From NCBI GenBank assembly GCA_963741955.1, contig CAVUKB010000005.1, positions 384,001 through 448,000 on the forward strand: DNA of 64,000 nucleotides, in the 5' to 3' direction. Shown in pieces: positions 10,373-20,747 of this stretch; within the stretch, counting starts at the first letter, position 1, and each line of letters opens with the position of its first letter. The DNA is from an uncultured Acidobacteriota bacterium. Lineage in GTDB: Bacteria > Acidobacteriota > Thermoanaerobaculia > Gp7-AA8. The notes under the pieces were generated by a model that was not told the DNA's origin, ran no database searches, and saw nothing but the letters and a program-made list of their open reading frames with translations. The position numbers were made by a program, and so were the translations under genes.

Positions 10373-10867
10373 TCACTTCTTGAAGAGATTTTCGAACGCT
10401 CTCCGTGCGTCGTCGGCGGAACGGATGTTTCCGCCATGGCCACCGTTGCCGCCGTTGCCGTTGGTTCCGGGCCCCTTGTCCGCGGTCAGATCACGGATGA
10501 TCTTCGGATCGAAGAGTCCGCACTGATTCGCTTTGTCCTTCGGTGCAACCCGGGCCGGGATGGTCGCCTTGCACTCCCACTGGGTGGAGGTGTCGAAAAA
10601 CTTGCAGTTGGTGCAGGTGTGGAGGTCCGCGCCGCATTTGCACGCGAGGTCGGATTCGAGCTCTCCGGTCAGGATCTGCTTCTGGCCGCAACGACTGCAC
10701 TTGAAGACTTCCGGACCTGGCGCGCCGGCCGAACGCCCGCGTGGGGCACCTTCGATGCGCGTGCGAGGCGGCTCCGGACGGGGAGCCGAACCGCCGGACG
10801 AACCGCCCGCGGGCTTTTCGGTTCCGCTGTCCATGTATCCGCGGTGTCTGTATTTTCGATCGCTCAA
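10373..10867 (-). CDS. Cysteine-rich, putative metal-binding conserved hypothetical protein
   Basis: CSRC, CKC, CTNC plus two more Cys (8 total); ends ARRAFENLFKK; TTG start. Confidence 0.75.
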   Translation of the reverse strand: MSDRKYRHRGYMDSGTEKPAGGSSGGSAPRPEPPRTRIEGAPRGRSAGAPGPEVFKCSRCGQKQILTGELESDLACKCGADLHTCTNCKFFDTSTQWECKATIPARVAPKDKANQCGLFDPKIIRDLTADKGPGTNGNGGNGGHGGNIRSADDARRAFENLFKK

Positions 10868-10871
10868 GGGG

Positions 10872-11012
10872 TTACCTCAAATATGCAAAATAGAGCACGA
10901 CTGCGATCACGACGATGACCAGCAGCGTGAAGAGCCTCAGCGCGAAACGCGCGACTCTGAAGGCGAACCATGCAAGGAAAATGATCAGAAAGACCAGTAC
11001 CAGCTTTTCCAT
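10872..11012 (-). CDS. Small membrane protein (46 aa)
   Basis: Below cutoff: MEKLVLVFLIIFLAWFAFRVARFALRLFTLLVIVVIAVVLYFAYLR; TACACT upstream; stop 4 nt before next start. Confidence 0.6.
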   Translation of the reverse strand: MEKLVLVFLIIFLAWFAFRVARFALRLFTLLVIVVIAVVLYFAYLR

Positions 11013-11104
11013 CAGGGACGCGCTTCAGTGTACCAGAGTCGGGGAGAAACGCCGGGAGAGCCGGTGGCGCATTTGCGGTCCCTCGCGTCTTCCGCACATG
11101 ACCA

Positions 11105-12391
11105 TCAAAGCACGAGTCGTACCGGCTGTTCGAGATATTGCTTCAGAGTGCGCAAAAATTCCGCACCGGTCGCCCCGTCGATGACACGATGGTCGCACGA
11201 CATCGTCATTTTCATCATCTCACGAACCACAACCCGCCGCTCGCGCACGACTGGCTTCGGTCCCGCCGCCCCCACGGCCAGGATGGCCGAATTCGGTGGA
11301 TTGATGATCGCGGTGAACTCCTCGATCCCGAACATCCCCAGATTCGAGATGGTGAACGTGCTTCCCTGATATTCGTCCGGCCGCAACCTCCGGCTTCTCG
11401 CCCTTTCGGCCAGATCCCTCCCCACGGCGGAGATCTCCATCACGCTTTTCCCGTCCGTGTTGCGGATGACCGGCGTGATCAGCCCTTCCGGAGTCGCCAC
11501 TGCGATCCCGACGTGGACGTCTCCGTGCTGATGGATCGCCTCCGGAGTAAAACTCGAATTCACCGCCGGATGCCGCAGCAGCGAGAGCGCAGCTGCCCGG
11601 ACGACGTAATCGTTCACGCTGGTCTTCACCCCTTCGATCTCGTTGATCTGCGCCCGCAGCGACATCAGCTCCGTCACATCCGCCTCGACGGTCAGGAAGA
11701 AATGAGGAACGGGTCCGATCGATTCGACCAGACGCCGGGCGATCGTCCGGCGCATCGCGGAGAGGGGAATCTGCTTCTCTTCGAGCGAGGGTTGCGGCAT
11801 CCGCTGCACCGGCGCTTTCGTCGCGGAAGGCGGTTGCGACTTCGACGCCGGGCCCGATTCGGCCGCACGGCTGACGTCCGACGCGACGACGCGCCCCGCC
11901 GGACCGCTTCCCTGGACCGAACCGATGTCGACACCGAGCTCGCGCGCCATCCGGCGAGCCAGCGGTGACGAGCGCACGAAGCCGCCCGGCGGCGGCTCCG
12001 GAATCACGGGAGGGGTCATTTCGGGCGGAGCACCCGCCTCTGCAGGCGCGGCCTGCGCCTCTCCCTTCGCGGCCGGTTCCCGCTCCGGGGCAACGGGTTT
12101 CTGCGGCGCTTCCTTCGTGCTCCCCTTCGCCGCCTTCTTCTTCGGGGCTTCTTCCCCTGGTCGCTGCACTCGCGAGAGCACCGCGCCGACTTGAGCAGTC
12201 TCCCCTTCTGCCACTTCGATCTCGCCGAGAACGCCGTCGTCTTCGGCTTCGAGATCGAGGTTCACCTTGTCCGTCTCGATCTCCAGCAGGGGCTCGCCGC
12301 GTTTCACCGCGTCGCCCGGTTTCCTGTACCAACGGACGACCTTTCCTTCGGTCATCGCGTCGCCCATCTTCGGCATGATGATCTCGGACAT
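11105..12391 (-). CDS. pdhC: Pyruvate dehydrogenase E2 (dihydrolipoamide acetyltransferase)
   Basis: Lipoyl EIETDKVN, E3-binding SPLARRMA, catalytic DHRVIDGA. Confidence 0.95.
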   Translation of the reverse strand: MSEIIMPKMGDAMTEGKVVRWYRKPGDAVKRGEPLLEIETDKVNLDLEAEDDGVLGEIEVAEGETAQVGAVLSRVQRPGEEAPKKKAAKGSTKEAPQKPVAPEREPAAKGEAQAAPAEAGAPPEMTPPVIPEPPPGGFVRSSPLARRMARELGVDIGSVQGSGPAGRVVASDVSRAAESGPASKSQPPSATKAPVQRMPQPSLEEKQIPLSAMRRTIARRLVESIGPVPHFFLTVEADVTELMSLRAQINEIEGVKTSVNDYVVRAAALSLLRHPAVNSSFTPEAIHQHGDVHVGIAVATPEGLITPVIRNTDGKSVMEISAVGRDLAERARSRRLRPDEYQGSTFTISNLGMFGIEEFTAIINPPNSAILAVGAAGPKPVVRERRVVVREMMKMTMSCDHRVIDGATGAEFLRTLKQYLEQPVRLVL

Positions 12392-12434
12392 AGTTACTTC
12401 CCACCCTGCATCGATTCGACCGTTCCCGGTGCGT

Positions 12435-13421
12435 TCAGCCCCGGTACATCACGCCCCGCACAGCCCGGATCACGTCCTGCTCGTGCGGAACGGCGAGCAG
12501 CTCGAGGTTTCGCGCGTACGGCATCGGCACGTCCTCGCCGGTCACGCGGGCGACCGGCGCGTCGAGCTCGTCGAAGACCGTCTCGGATATGCTCGCGGCG
12601 ATCTCCGCCGCCGCACCGAACGGCTTCCACTGCTCCTGGACCACCACTGCCCGATGCGTACGGCGTACCGACTGATAGACCGGGTCGAGGTCGAGCGGAC
12701 GGAGCGTGCGGAGGTCGATCACCTCCGCTTCGATCCCATCTTCCGCCGCGAGCTTCTCCGCCGCTGCAAGCGAGAGCTGCAGCATTCTGCTGTATGAGAC
12801 GATCGTCACGTCGTCGCCCTCGCGCGCAATCCGCGATTTGCCGAACGGAACCAGAGCGTCGGGATCGTCCGGCACTTCGCCTTTGATTCCGTACAGCGCC
12901 GCGTTCTCGAGGAAGATCACCGGATCCTTCCCCCGGATCGCGGTCTTGAGCATTCCCTTCACATCGGCCGGCGTTCCAGGCGCGACGACCTTCAGTCCCG
13001 GGAAGTGACCGTAGAACGACTCGAAGGACTGCGAGTGCTGCGCCGACAACTGAACACCTGCCCCCTGGGGGCCGCGGATCACGATCGGGACGTCGACCTG
13101 ACCACCAGAGAAGTAGCGGATCTTCGCCGCGTGGTTCAGGATCTGGTCTGCGGCGACGATGGCGAAATTGAAGGTCATCATCTCCACGATCGGATGAAGG
13201 CCCATCATCGCCATTCCGATCGCGGTTCCGACCATTCCGGCTTCTGCGATCGGAGTGTCGACCACGCGCCTGGGGCCGTACTTCTTCAGCAGACCGGCGG
13301 TGATGCGGAACGTCCCTTCGTACACTCCGATGTCTTCGCCCAGGAGGAGCACCGAGCCGTCGCGGTCCATCTCCTCGACCAGCGCATCGTGAATCGCGTC
13401 ACGATAGGTGCGCTCAGCCAC
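12435..13421 (-). CDS. pdhB: Pyruvate dehydrogenase E1 beta
   Basis: GEDIG, DTPIAE, EMMTFNF, AQHSQ, IDLRTLRPLD; GTG start overlaps pdhA end. Confidence 0.95.
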   Translation of the reverse strand: MAERTYRDAIHDALVEEMDRDGSVLLLGEDIGVYEGTFRITAGLLKKYGPRRVVDTPIAEAGMVGTAIGMAMMGLHPIVEMMTFNFAIVAADQILNHAAKIRYFSGGQVDVPIVIRGPQGAGVQLSAQHSQSFESFYGHFPGLKVVAPGTPADVKGMLKTAIRGKDPVIFLENAALYGIKGEVPDDPDALVPFGKSRIAREGDDVTIVSYSRMLQLSLAAAEKLAAEDGIEAEVIDLRTLRPLDLDPVYQSVRRTHRAVVVQEQWKPFGAAAEIAASISETVFDELDAPVARVTGEDVPMPYARNLELLAVPHEQDVIRAVRGVMYRG

Positions 13422-14451
13422 GCGGCATCTCCTTCCCCTCGTCGGAAGTGATGTCGGTGAAGAGCTCCGCGTCGTCGGGCTGAGGACTGTTCTCCGCGAA
13501 CTCGAGAGCCTTCGCGGCATCCTCTCCCGCCCGTGCTTCCATGGCGGCGATGTCGTCGTCGGTGAGCCCGCAGATCTCCTTGAGGCGGTTCGAGAGGATG
13601 GTGATCGGATCGCGGTGGCGATGCTTCTCGACCTCTTCCTTCGTCCGGTACGGCTGGAGGATGTCCGCCGCTCCGTGACCCGAGAATCGATAGGTGATCG
13701 CTTCGATGCAGTAGGGCCGCCCCGTCTCGCGTACCTGCCGGACGACCCGGTCCGCAACTCCGCGGATGGCGAAAACGTCCTGCCCGTCCACCTTCTCCGA
13801 AGGGATCTCGTATGCGTTCATGCGAGCCGAGAGATCGGTCAGAGCGGAATGCCGTTCGATCGACGTACCCATCGCGTAGCCGTTGTTCTCGATGATGTAG
13901 ATCGCCGGGCACATCCCCTGTTTGCCCCAGAGGCCGGCCATGTTCAGCGCTTCGTGGAACGAGCCGATATTCATCGCACCATCGCCGAAGAAACAGAGCG
14001 CGAGACGGTCGGTCTGCTGGTAGCGGAAGGCATAGGCCGCTCCGGTCGCAAGGGTCAGGTGTCCACCGACGATGCCGTAGCCGCCGTAAAACCCGTGCTC
14101 CGCGTCGAACAGGTGCATCGAGCCGCCCTTGCCGTGGGAGACGCCGGTCGCCTTGCCGAGCAGCTCGGCCATCACTGCGCCGGGGTCACTCCCGAGCATC
14201 AGGGCATGGGCGTGGTCGCGGTAGCCGGCGAAGACGGCGTCATCGGGGCGGATCGCGGTGAGGATCCCCGCTACGACCGCTTCCTGCCCGCTGTAGACGT
14301 GAAGATAGCCGCCGATCTTTCCCCGCCGGAATTGTCCCTCCGTCGTCTCTTCGAAGCGACGAATGAAGATCATTTTTCGCAGCAGCTCCGTCCACTCCGG
14401 GGCGCACACTTCCTCCTCGACGGGTGTCTGCTTTTCCTTTTTTCGAGCCAT
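13414..14451 (-). CDS. pdhA: Pyruvate dehydrogenase E1 alpha
   Basis: YRDH, GKGGSMH, TPP motif GDGA...ENN, TYRFSGH. Confidence 0.95.
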   Translation of the reverse strand: MARKKEKQTPVEEEVCAPEWTELLRKMIFIRRFEETTEGQFRRGKIGGYLHVYSGQEAVVAGILTAIRPDDAVFAGYRDHAHALMLGSDPGAVMAELLGKATGVSHGKGGSMHLFDAEHGFYGGYGIVGGHLTLATGAAYAFRYQQTDRLALCFFGDGAMNIGSFHEALNMAGLWGKQGMCPAIYIIENNGYAMGTSIERHSALTDLSARMNAYEIPSEKVDGQDVFAIRGVADRVVRQVRETGRPYCIEAITYRFSGHGAADILQPYRTKEEVEKHRHRDPITILSNRLKEICGLTDDDIAAMEARAGEDAAKALEFAENSPQPDDAELFTDITSDEGKEMPRG

Positions 14452-14597
14452 CAGAGTTGTACTCACTGCAATTCCTTCGCGCCTCCTCCTGCGAAGGCGG
14501 AACGCGAGATTCTAGTTGGAAACGCGAAAATATTACAGACCGGGGGCCTCCGTCTTCACACGCTTTGCAAAAACGTGACCCTTCGTTCCCCCACTTC

Positions 14598-15911
14598 CTA
14601 CAGTTCACGGATGCGATTCCGGCGCATCAGAAACAGCGCAGAGATCACACCGAGCGCCACCGCGTTCGCGCCCAGGGCCAGCGAAACCGAGGCACGATCG
14701 GCGACCCATCCCGCGGTCAGGTTCCCCAGCGGCATGCCGCCGCGGAACGAGAGCATGAATATGGACATCACCCTCCCCCGCATCTCTTCGGTCGTCGCGA
14801 GCTGCACGAGTGAGCTCACGGTAGTGATGATCCCGAGCAGCGATGCGCCCGCGAAGAATACCGCGATCAGACTGATCCAGAGCGTTCCCGACGACGCGAA
14901 GATCAGGAGAAAGACCGCGAAGCCGAGCTGATACACGAGAGCGCTCCGCCCGCGGCCGGTGCGGTGCGACCGTGCGGCGACGAACAGTGCTCCTGCGACC
15001 GATCCCGCTCCCGAGGCAGTCATCATCCAGCTGTATCCCGTCGCACCGAATCCGAACACCGATTTCGCCACCACCGGAAGCATGGTCACCAGAGGGATTC
15101 CGAAAAACGTGCTCACGAATGCGAGGAGTGTCAGCTGGCGTATTGCGGGGCGCTGCTGCAGAAACGAGAATCCGGCGCGGATGTCGCCGAAGATGCTGCG
15201 CGTCTTCGCGACGACGGGTTGGAACGACGCACGGATCGCGAGGAGGCTGAGCATCACCGGAATGAACGAAACGCCGTTCAGTGCGAAGCACGCCGCCGGG
15301 CCGAGCGCCGCCAGTGCCAGTCCCGCGAGAACCGGACCGATCATCCGGGCCAGGTTGAACTGCATCGAGTTGAGTGCAATCGCGTTCGGCATGTCCTCGC
15401 GCGGTACGAGCAGCGGCAGGAGGGCCTGATAGGCAGGTCCGCCGAAAGCCTGGGCCGTTCCGGTGGCGAACGAGAGTGCGAAGATGTGCCAGACCTCCAC
15501 TTTCCCGCTGTAGATCAGCGCTGCGAGGATGAACGCAAGCGTCATCTGCGCCACCTGTGAGACGAGAAGGATCCGGCGGCGCTCCACCCGGTCGGCGACG
15601 ACTCCTCCGAAAAGTGAGAAGAGAATCATCGGTGCGGTGGCGAGAAATGCATCGACGCCCAGCAGGAATGCCGACTTCGTCATGGAGAGGACGACCCAGC
15701 TCTGGGCGACCGTCTGCATCCAGGTCCCGGTGGTGGAGGTGAACGCGCCGATCCAGAGGATGCGGAAGTCGCGCGAGCGGAACGCCTGAAATGCGCGGAG
15801 GGAGAGCTTCGCCCGAACCGATTCCGGCCCGTCGGCACCACGATCGCCTTCCGGGGAGCGCGAAGCGTCGTCGATGATCGACTCCTTGCATTCCACGCAC
15901 TCCTGCAGCAC
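14598..15911 (-). CDS. MFS transporter (MFS_3/DHA3-like)
   Basis: GTWMQTVAQSW, GGVVADRVERRR, ARMIGP, MRGRVMS; 12-TM pattern; start uncertain. Confidence 0.88.
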   Translation of the reverse strand: MLQECVECKESIIDDASRSPEGDRGADGPESVRAKLSLRAFQAFRSRDFRILWIGAFTSTTGTWMQTVAQSWVVLSMTKSAFLLGVDAFLATAPMILFSLFGGVVADRVERRRILLVSQVAQMTLAFILAALIYSGKVEVWHIFALSFATGTAQAFGGPAYQALLPLLVPREDMPNAIALNSMQFNLARMIGPVLAGLALAALGPAACFALNGVSFIPVMLSLLAIRASFQPVVAKTRSIFGDIRAGFSFLQQRPAIRQLTLLAFVSTFFGIPLVTMLPVVAKSVFGFGATGYSWMMTASGAGSVAGALFVAARSHRTGRGRSALVYQLGFAVFLLIFASSGTLWISLIAVFFAGASLLGIITTVSSLVQLATTEEMRGRVMSIFMLSFRGGMPLGNLTAGWVADRASVSLALGANAVALGVISALFLMRRNRIREL

Positions 15912-15984
15912 GTGGAGGTGTTCGTACGAGACGGGGCTCTTCTCCGGGAGGATCGTCCCACCCTCACCGGGGTGAAGATCCCGG

Positions 15985-16482
15985 TTACTGCAAACGGATC
16001 CGGCCGGCGGGCCGCACGCTGTGGGCGTGACAGATCGCGACCGCCAGCGCATCGGCGGCGTCCACGGACATTTTCAGCTCGCGCGCTCCGCGGACCAGGA
16101 GCTGAACCATGCTGCCAACCTGCGACTTCTCCGCCCCACCATATCCGACCACCGCACTCTTGACCGATCGCGGCGAATACTCGAAGACTTCGAGGCCTGC
16201 GTTGCACGCGGCGAGGAGAATCACTCCTCTGGCGTGCGCGAGCTGGATCAGGCTCTTCGGATTGAGTCCCGCGAACGGCGATTCCACGGCCATCGCGTCC
16301 GGAGAAGTGCGCGCGATGACTCCCGTCAGTTCCTCGTAGATTCTCCGCAGGCGCTCGGGGAACTGCTCGCCCCGTCGCGTCCGGACCTCTCCCTGTTCGA
16401 TGATCGACAGCTGACCCCGGCCGGAATCGATCACCCCATAGCCGGTGACGATGGAACCGGGATCGACGCCGAGAATCCTCAT
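15985..16482 (-). CDS. ruvC: Holliday junction resolvase RuvC
   Basis: ILGVDPGSIVTGYG, AVE, ARGV, VVGYGGAEK, DAADALAVAICH. Confidence 0.97.
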   Translation of the reverse strand: MRILGVDPGSIVTGYGVIDSGRGQLSIIEQGEVRTRRGEQFPERLRRIYEELTGVIARTSPDAMAVESPFAGLNPKSLIQLAHARGVILLAACNAGLEVFEYSPRSVKSAVVGYGGAEKSQVGSMVQLLVRGARELKMSVDAADALAVAICHAHSVRPAGRIRLQ

Positions 16483-16486
16483 CGGA

Positions 16487-17230
16487 TCACTCGGCCATCA
16501 GCTCGTCAGGGATGTCGAAGTTCGTCCAGACGTTCTGCGTATCGTCGTGGTCGTCGAGCATCTCGATCAGCTTCATGGCCTGACGCCCCTTCGAGTCGTC
16601 GAGCTCGGTGTAGGTCGTGGGAATCTCGCCGATCTTCGCCTCCAGCGTCGGAATACCCGCCTTATCCACGGCTTCGCGAAGACTCTCGAAATTCGCCGGG
16701 TCGACGTAGATCTCGAACGCCTCCGGATCGTCGGTATTGAGGTCGTCCGCCCCCGCTTCGAGGGCGATCTCCATCAGCCGGTCCTCCGACGCCGCGCTCT
16801 TCTCGATTGCGATGTATCCCTTTCGCTCGAAAAGGTACTTCACCGATCCGGGCGTCCCCATGTTCCCGCCGTATTTCTCGAAGATGTGCCGGATCTCGGG
16901 GGTGGTGCGGTTGGTGTTGTCGGTGAACGCCTCGACCAGGATGGCCACGCCTCCGGGGCCGTACCCCTCGTACGTCACCTCTTCGTAGGTGCTCCCTTCG
17001 ATCTCTCCCGTTCCCCTCTTGATCGCCCGGTCGATGTTGTCTTTCGGCATGTTGCTGGCCTTGGCCTCGGCGACTGCCGCTCGAAGGCGGGGATTCGCTT
17101 CCGGATCACCGCCGCCGAGACGTGCGGCAACGGTCATTTCCTTGATGATCCGGGTGAAGACCTTACCGCGCTTGGCGTCGGCCGCACCCTTCTTGTGCTT
17201 GATCGTGCTCCATTTGCTGTGACCCGACAT
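16487..17230 (-). CDS. yebC: YebC/PmpR family protein
   Basis: [29 protein letters not shown]; usual yebC-ruvC order. Confidence 0.96.
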   Translation of the reverse strand: MSGHSKWSTIKHKKGAADAKRGKVFTRIIKEMTVAARLGGGDPEANPRLRAAVAEAKASNMPKDNIDRAIKRGTGEIEGSTYEEVTYEGYGPGGVAILVEAFTDNTNRTTPEIRHIFEKYGGNMGTPGSVKYLFERKGYIAIEKSAASEDRLMEIALEAGADDLNTDDPEAFEIYVDPANFESLREAVDKAGIPTLEAKIGEIPTTYTELDDSKGRQAMKLIEMLDDHDDTQNVWTNFDIPDELMAE

Positions 17231-17335
17231 ACAGAATCCGTTCTCCTTGAATCGCGTCCCGCTCGAAAGAGAGGACAAATCGGAAGGTCAACTATAAATT
17301 GAAGAATAGCACCGTTCTTTTCAGCGGAGGAACCC

Positions 17336-17557
17336 GTGATTCAGTCCGTCATCACGATTCCGCAGTTTCCCATCGCCATCGTTTTCGAGGATGGAGACTG
17401 CCAGATCTACGACAGCCCCGACGACCTCCAGAACCGGCTCGACTGTATCGACACCACGCTCGCCGACAACCGGATCTGGATCCGCGACAACATGGGACGA
17501 GCCGTCCTCCTCCGGATGATCGGCGGCGAAATCTATCATTTCGAAGCCGCCGAGTAA
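17336..17557 (+). CDS. Small hypothetical protein (73 aa)
   Basis: GGAGG before GTG; host-like GC-ending codons; no family recognised. Confidence 0.55.
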   Translation: MIQSVITIPQFPIAIVFEDGDCQIYDSPDDLQNRLDCIDTTLADNRIWIRDNMGRAVLLRMIGGEIYHFEAAE

Positions 17558-17623
17558 AAGCCCCGGATCATGGACCGGACCTCGTGGATCTGACGCCACG
17601 ACCGTGCGTCTTCGGCGCCGGTC

Positions 17624-17864
17624 GGATCCTCGTTCATCTCAGATCATCGTCTCCGATCCCCGGTGCCTCTCAGATCCTCGTTCCTCGATCTCAGATCCTC
17701 GTTCCCCGGTGCCGCTCAGATCCTCGATCCTCGATCTCCGATCCCCGGTGCCTTTCAGATCCTCGATTCTCGATCCCCGATCCTCGATGCCTCTCAGATC
17801 CTCGATCCCCGATCCTCGATGCCTCTCAGATCCTCGATCCCAGATACTAGATCCTAGATGCCTC
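17624..17864. repeat. GATC-rich heptamer tract
   Basis: Mosaic of GATCCTC, GATCCCC, GATCTCA and GATGCCTCTCA units just downstream of der. Confidence 0.9.
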
Positions 17865-17875
17865 TCCGATGCCTT

Positions 17876-19210
17876 TCAGTTGCCTTTCATTCCTTTCCGC
17901 CCGCGGATCACCAGATGGACCGGTGTTCCGACGAGAGAGAGTGCATCTCGAAACTGATTTTCGAGAAACCGCCGGTAGGAGAAGTGGAGCGGGTCTTCCA
18001 TGTTGGAAAAGATGGCGATCGTCGGAGGTTGAGCCTTCAGCTGCGTCGCGTAGTAGAAGCGCCGCTGCCGGCCGCGCACCGCCGGGGGATGGTGCAGCGC
18101 CACCGCACGCTCCAGGATCTTGTTCAGGTCGGAGGTCCTGAACTTCGAGCGGTATGATTCGGCAATCTGGTCGATGGTCGGGAAGAGCTTCTCCACTCGC
18201 CGTCCGTACTTCGCAGAGATGAATTCCAGCGGAGCGTACGGGAGAAACTTCAGCTTCCGCCGCACCCGGTCTTCGTACTCCCGCGTCAGAGTCGGAGTCC
18301 GTTCGACCGCATCCCACTTGTTCACCAGGATCAGCGCGGCCTTTCCGGCCTCCTCGGCGTAGCCCGCCACCGTCGCATCCTGAGCCGCGATCTCCTCGGT
18401 TCCATCGACCACCAGCAGCGCGATGTCGCATCGCTGGATCGCCTTGCGCGCGGAGATCACCGAAAGCTTCTCCGCCTCATCGGTCGTCTTTCCTTTGCGA
18501 CGGATTCCGGCGGTGTCGATGATCAGATATTCGCGGCCGTCGCGTTCGATCAGTTCGTCGATCGCATCACGCGTCGTCCCCGAGATCTCCGAAACGACGG
18601 CGCGTTCTGCGTTGGTGAGGCGGTTGAGGAGGGAAGACTTCCCGACGTTCGGACGCCCGATGATCGCGAGCCGCAGAGGCTCGCTCTCGGCCGCTTCCGG
18701 TTCTTCTTCCACCGGAACGACTTCGCGAATCGCCTCGAGGAGATCCTCCGTGTTGATTCCATGCTCCGCGGAGACTGCGATCAGTCGCTCGAAACCGAGA
18801 CCGTAGAATTCCGACTGATTCTCCTGAGCCACTCGGGTGTCGATCTTGTTCACGACCACGATCACCCGTCGCGACCCGGAGCGAAGCTGCTCGGCAATGT
18901 CTTCGTCCTCGGGGAGAATGCCGGTCGTCCCGTCCACGACGAAGAGGATCAGGTCGCCGCTCTCGATCGCCTGCGCGGCCTGGATCCGGATCTCGTCGGC
19001 GAACGCGGACATCGGACTGTCGCCGTATTCGAGTCCGCCGGTATCGGTCAGCTCGAACCGCTCACCGGAATCGAGCTGCACCTCGTCGGAGAGCCGGTCG
19101 CGCGTCATTCCGGGAAGATTGTGGATCAGCGCACGCCGCCGCCCCGCAATTCGATTGAAGAGCGTGGACTTGCCGACATTCGGCCGGCCGACGATGACGA
19201 TTCTTTTCAT
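17876..19210 (-). CDS. der: Ribosome biogenesis GTPase Der
   Basis: Two G domains (GRPNVGKS twice, DTGG/DTAG, NKID/NKWD) plus KH-like tail. Confidence 0.97.
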   Translation of the reverse strand: MKRIVIVGRPNVGKSTLFNRIAGRRRALIHNLPGMTRDRLSDEVQLDSGERFELTDTGGLEYGDSPMSAFADEIRIQAAQAIESGDLILFVVDGTTGILPEDEDIAEQLRSGSRRVIVVVNKIDTRVAQENQSEFYGLGFERLIAVSAEHGINTEDLLEAIREVVPVEEEPEAAESEPLRLAIIGRPNVGKSSLLNRLTNAERAVVSEISGTTRDAIDELIERDGREYLIIDTAGIRRKGKTTDEAEKLSVISARKAIQRCDIALLVVDGTEEIAAQDATVAGYAEEAGKAALILVNKWDAVERTPTLTREYEDRVRRKLKFLPYAPLEFISAKYGRRVEKLFPTIDQIAESYRSKFRTSDLNKILERAVALHHPPAVRGRQRRFYYATQLKAQPPTIAIFSNMEDPLHFSYRRFLENQFRDALSLVGTPVHLVIRGRKGMKGN

Positions 19211-19234
19211 CAGACACCGATTCCAATCGCAGAA

Positions 19235-20656
19235 CTACCGGAACGCCAGAACCAGCGCGATCGCGATCGCAGCGCCGATCGCGGTATTGAGGAAGTTGAG
19301 CGCGCCGTTGGGAACCGCGCGGCTGCGCTTCCGATTCCAGCTCCCGACCACGCTCTCGATCCACGATCCTGCGGCCGCGGAGATCACGACGACGCCGACG
19401 ACGCTCCAGAACGAGAGGCCGGCTGATTCCCCCGCCCGGGGTACGAACATCGCTCCCCTCCCGCCACCTCCCTCCACGAACCCGCCGAACGAGGCGGCGG
19501 CGACGGCGAAGACGGAGACGATCAGGGCGGCTGTCCATCCGGCAACGGTTCCTTCGAGAGAGATCGCCCCTTCCGTTCCCGGCGCCACCCGCCGGAAGCT
19601 CAGGGGAAGAAAGGCGTGCTCGCCGAGGAGCTGACCGATCTCCGAGCCGGCGGTGTCGGCGGCCGCGGTCGCGAGTGACGCGACCGCCGCGATCCAGAGG
19701 AGATGCGGATCGAAAGAGGACGTCGTCATCAGGAGAGCGAGGATGGCTGCGACGCCGACGTTCGCGAACGCATGCGCGAATCCGCGGCGTCCCCCCTTCT
19801 CCTGAGCCAGACCCTTCTGCCCTTTCCGCTGGTATCCGAGCTTCGTCGCTCCGCTGCCGATGACGAAGAAAACGAGGAGCGCGACGTAGAGCGCCCATCC
19901 GCCGAAGACGATGATGATCGTCCCGAGAAGCCACCCTCCGATCATTCCGGAGAGGTCGACGCTCCGGAGGATCCAGCCGGTGAGCGCGAGAAGCGTGTTC
20001 ACCCCGATCCAGAGGTAAAGGCCGCGGTCGAACGGCTGCATCGTGAGCGACTGGATGTGCGTGAGCCCCCACAGAACGAGAGCGCCGGTCAGCGGGACGG
20101 TGATGTTGTCGTTGACCTCGAGCGCGAGCGTCTCCACCAGAGCGCAGGCGAGGGTCGTCACCAGGATCACGATGGCCGGAGGAATGATGGAAGGCGGCGG
20201 ACCGAGGAAGAGGTATATCGCCAGAGCCGAAGGAAAACCGACCTCGAAGAAGCCCAGAATGCCTCCCAGAGACTTCTCCCGATTCCAGGGGAGACGGAAG
20301 ATCGGGAGATTGCGACCGATGAGAGTCGCGGCGCCGTCTCCGAACGCGAGGATCACCCAGATGGCACCTGCCATTGCCGGATGACGCGCAAAAACGAGGA
20401 TCAGAGCGAGGACGGCGAGGGGGTAATAGAGAATGCCGGGATCATGGCCCCGCTCGTGGCGCGCGATTCGATCTCCGAGGAGCCGCGGGAGGAGCAGCCA
20501 GTTGAAGAAGAAGGCTGCGAGAGCGGCGGCCGCCGCTTCCCACACATTCAGCCACGCGAGCGTGACGGCGAAGAATCCGACGCCGATGTGGATCAGCTTC
20601 CGAAGCGATTCCGACCGGGAATGAGGGGGGCTCGAAATCTCGCTGGTGCTCTCCAT
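19235..20656 (-). CDS. Fusion of phytol/dolichol kinase-like domain and DUF92 (TMEM19/VTE6-like) domain
   Basis: N-half [28 protein letters not shown]; C-half [49 protein letters not shown]. Confidence 0.85.
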   Translation of the reverse strand: MESTSEISSPPHSRSESLRKLIHIGVGFFAVTLAWLNVWEAAAAALAAFFFNWLLLPRLLGDRIARHERGHDPGILYYPLAVLALILVFARHPAMAGAIWVILAFGDGAATLIGRNLPIFRLPWNREKSLGGILGFFEVGFPSALAIYLFLGPPPSIIPPAIVILVTTLACALVETLALEVNDNITVPLTGALVLWGLTHIQSLTMQPFDRGLYLWIGVNTLLALTGWILRSVDLSGMIGGWLLGTIIIVFGGWALYVALLVFFVIGSGATKLGYQRKGQKGLAQEKGGRRGFAHAFANVGVAAILALLMTTSSFDPHLLWIAAVASLATAAADTAGSEIGQLLGEHAFLPLSFRRVAPGTEGAISLEGTVAGWTAALIVSVFAVAAASFGGFVEGGGGRGAMFVPRAGESAGLSFWSVVGVVVISAAAGSWIESVVGSWNRKRSRAVPNGALNFLNTAIGAAIAIALVLAFR

Positions 20657-20747
20657 GTTCCGTCTTGCGTTTTCCTTTGTGGGACCGGGACTGATTTTCA
20701 CTAGAGTACAATACTGCCCGTCCCGTGACTCACTCACTTCTGATTCC

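Noticed and set aside
17604-18157. Small ORFs over the GATC heptamer tract (likewise 22376-23419 and 23023-23858)
   Set aside because: Translations (SSILDPR, GSRIEDR repeats) are just the heptamer read in frame.
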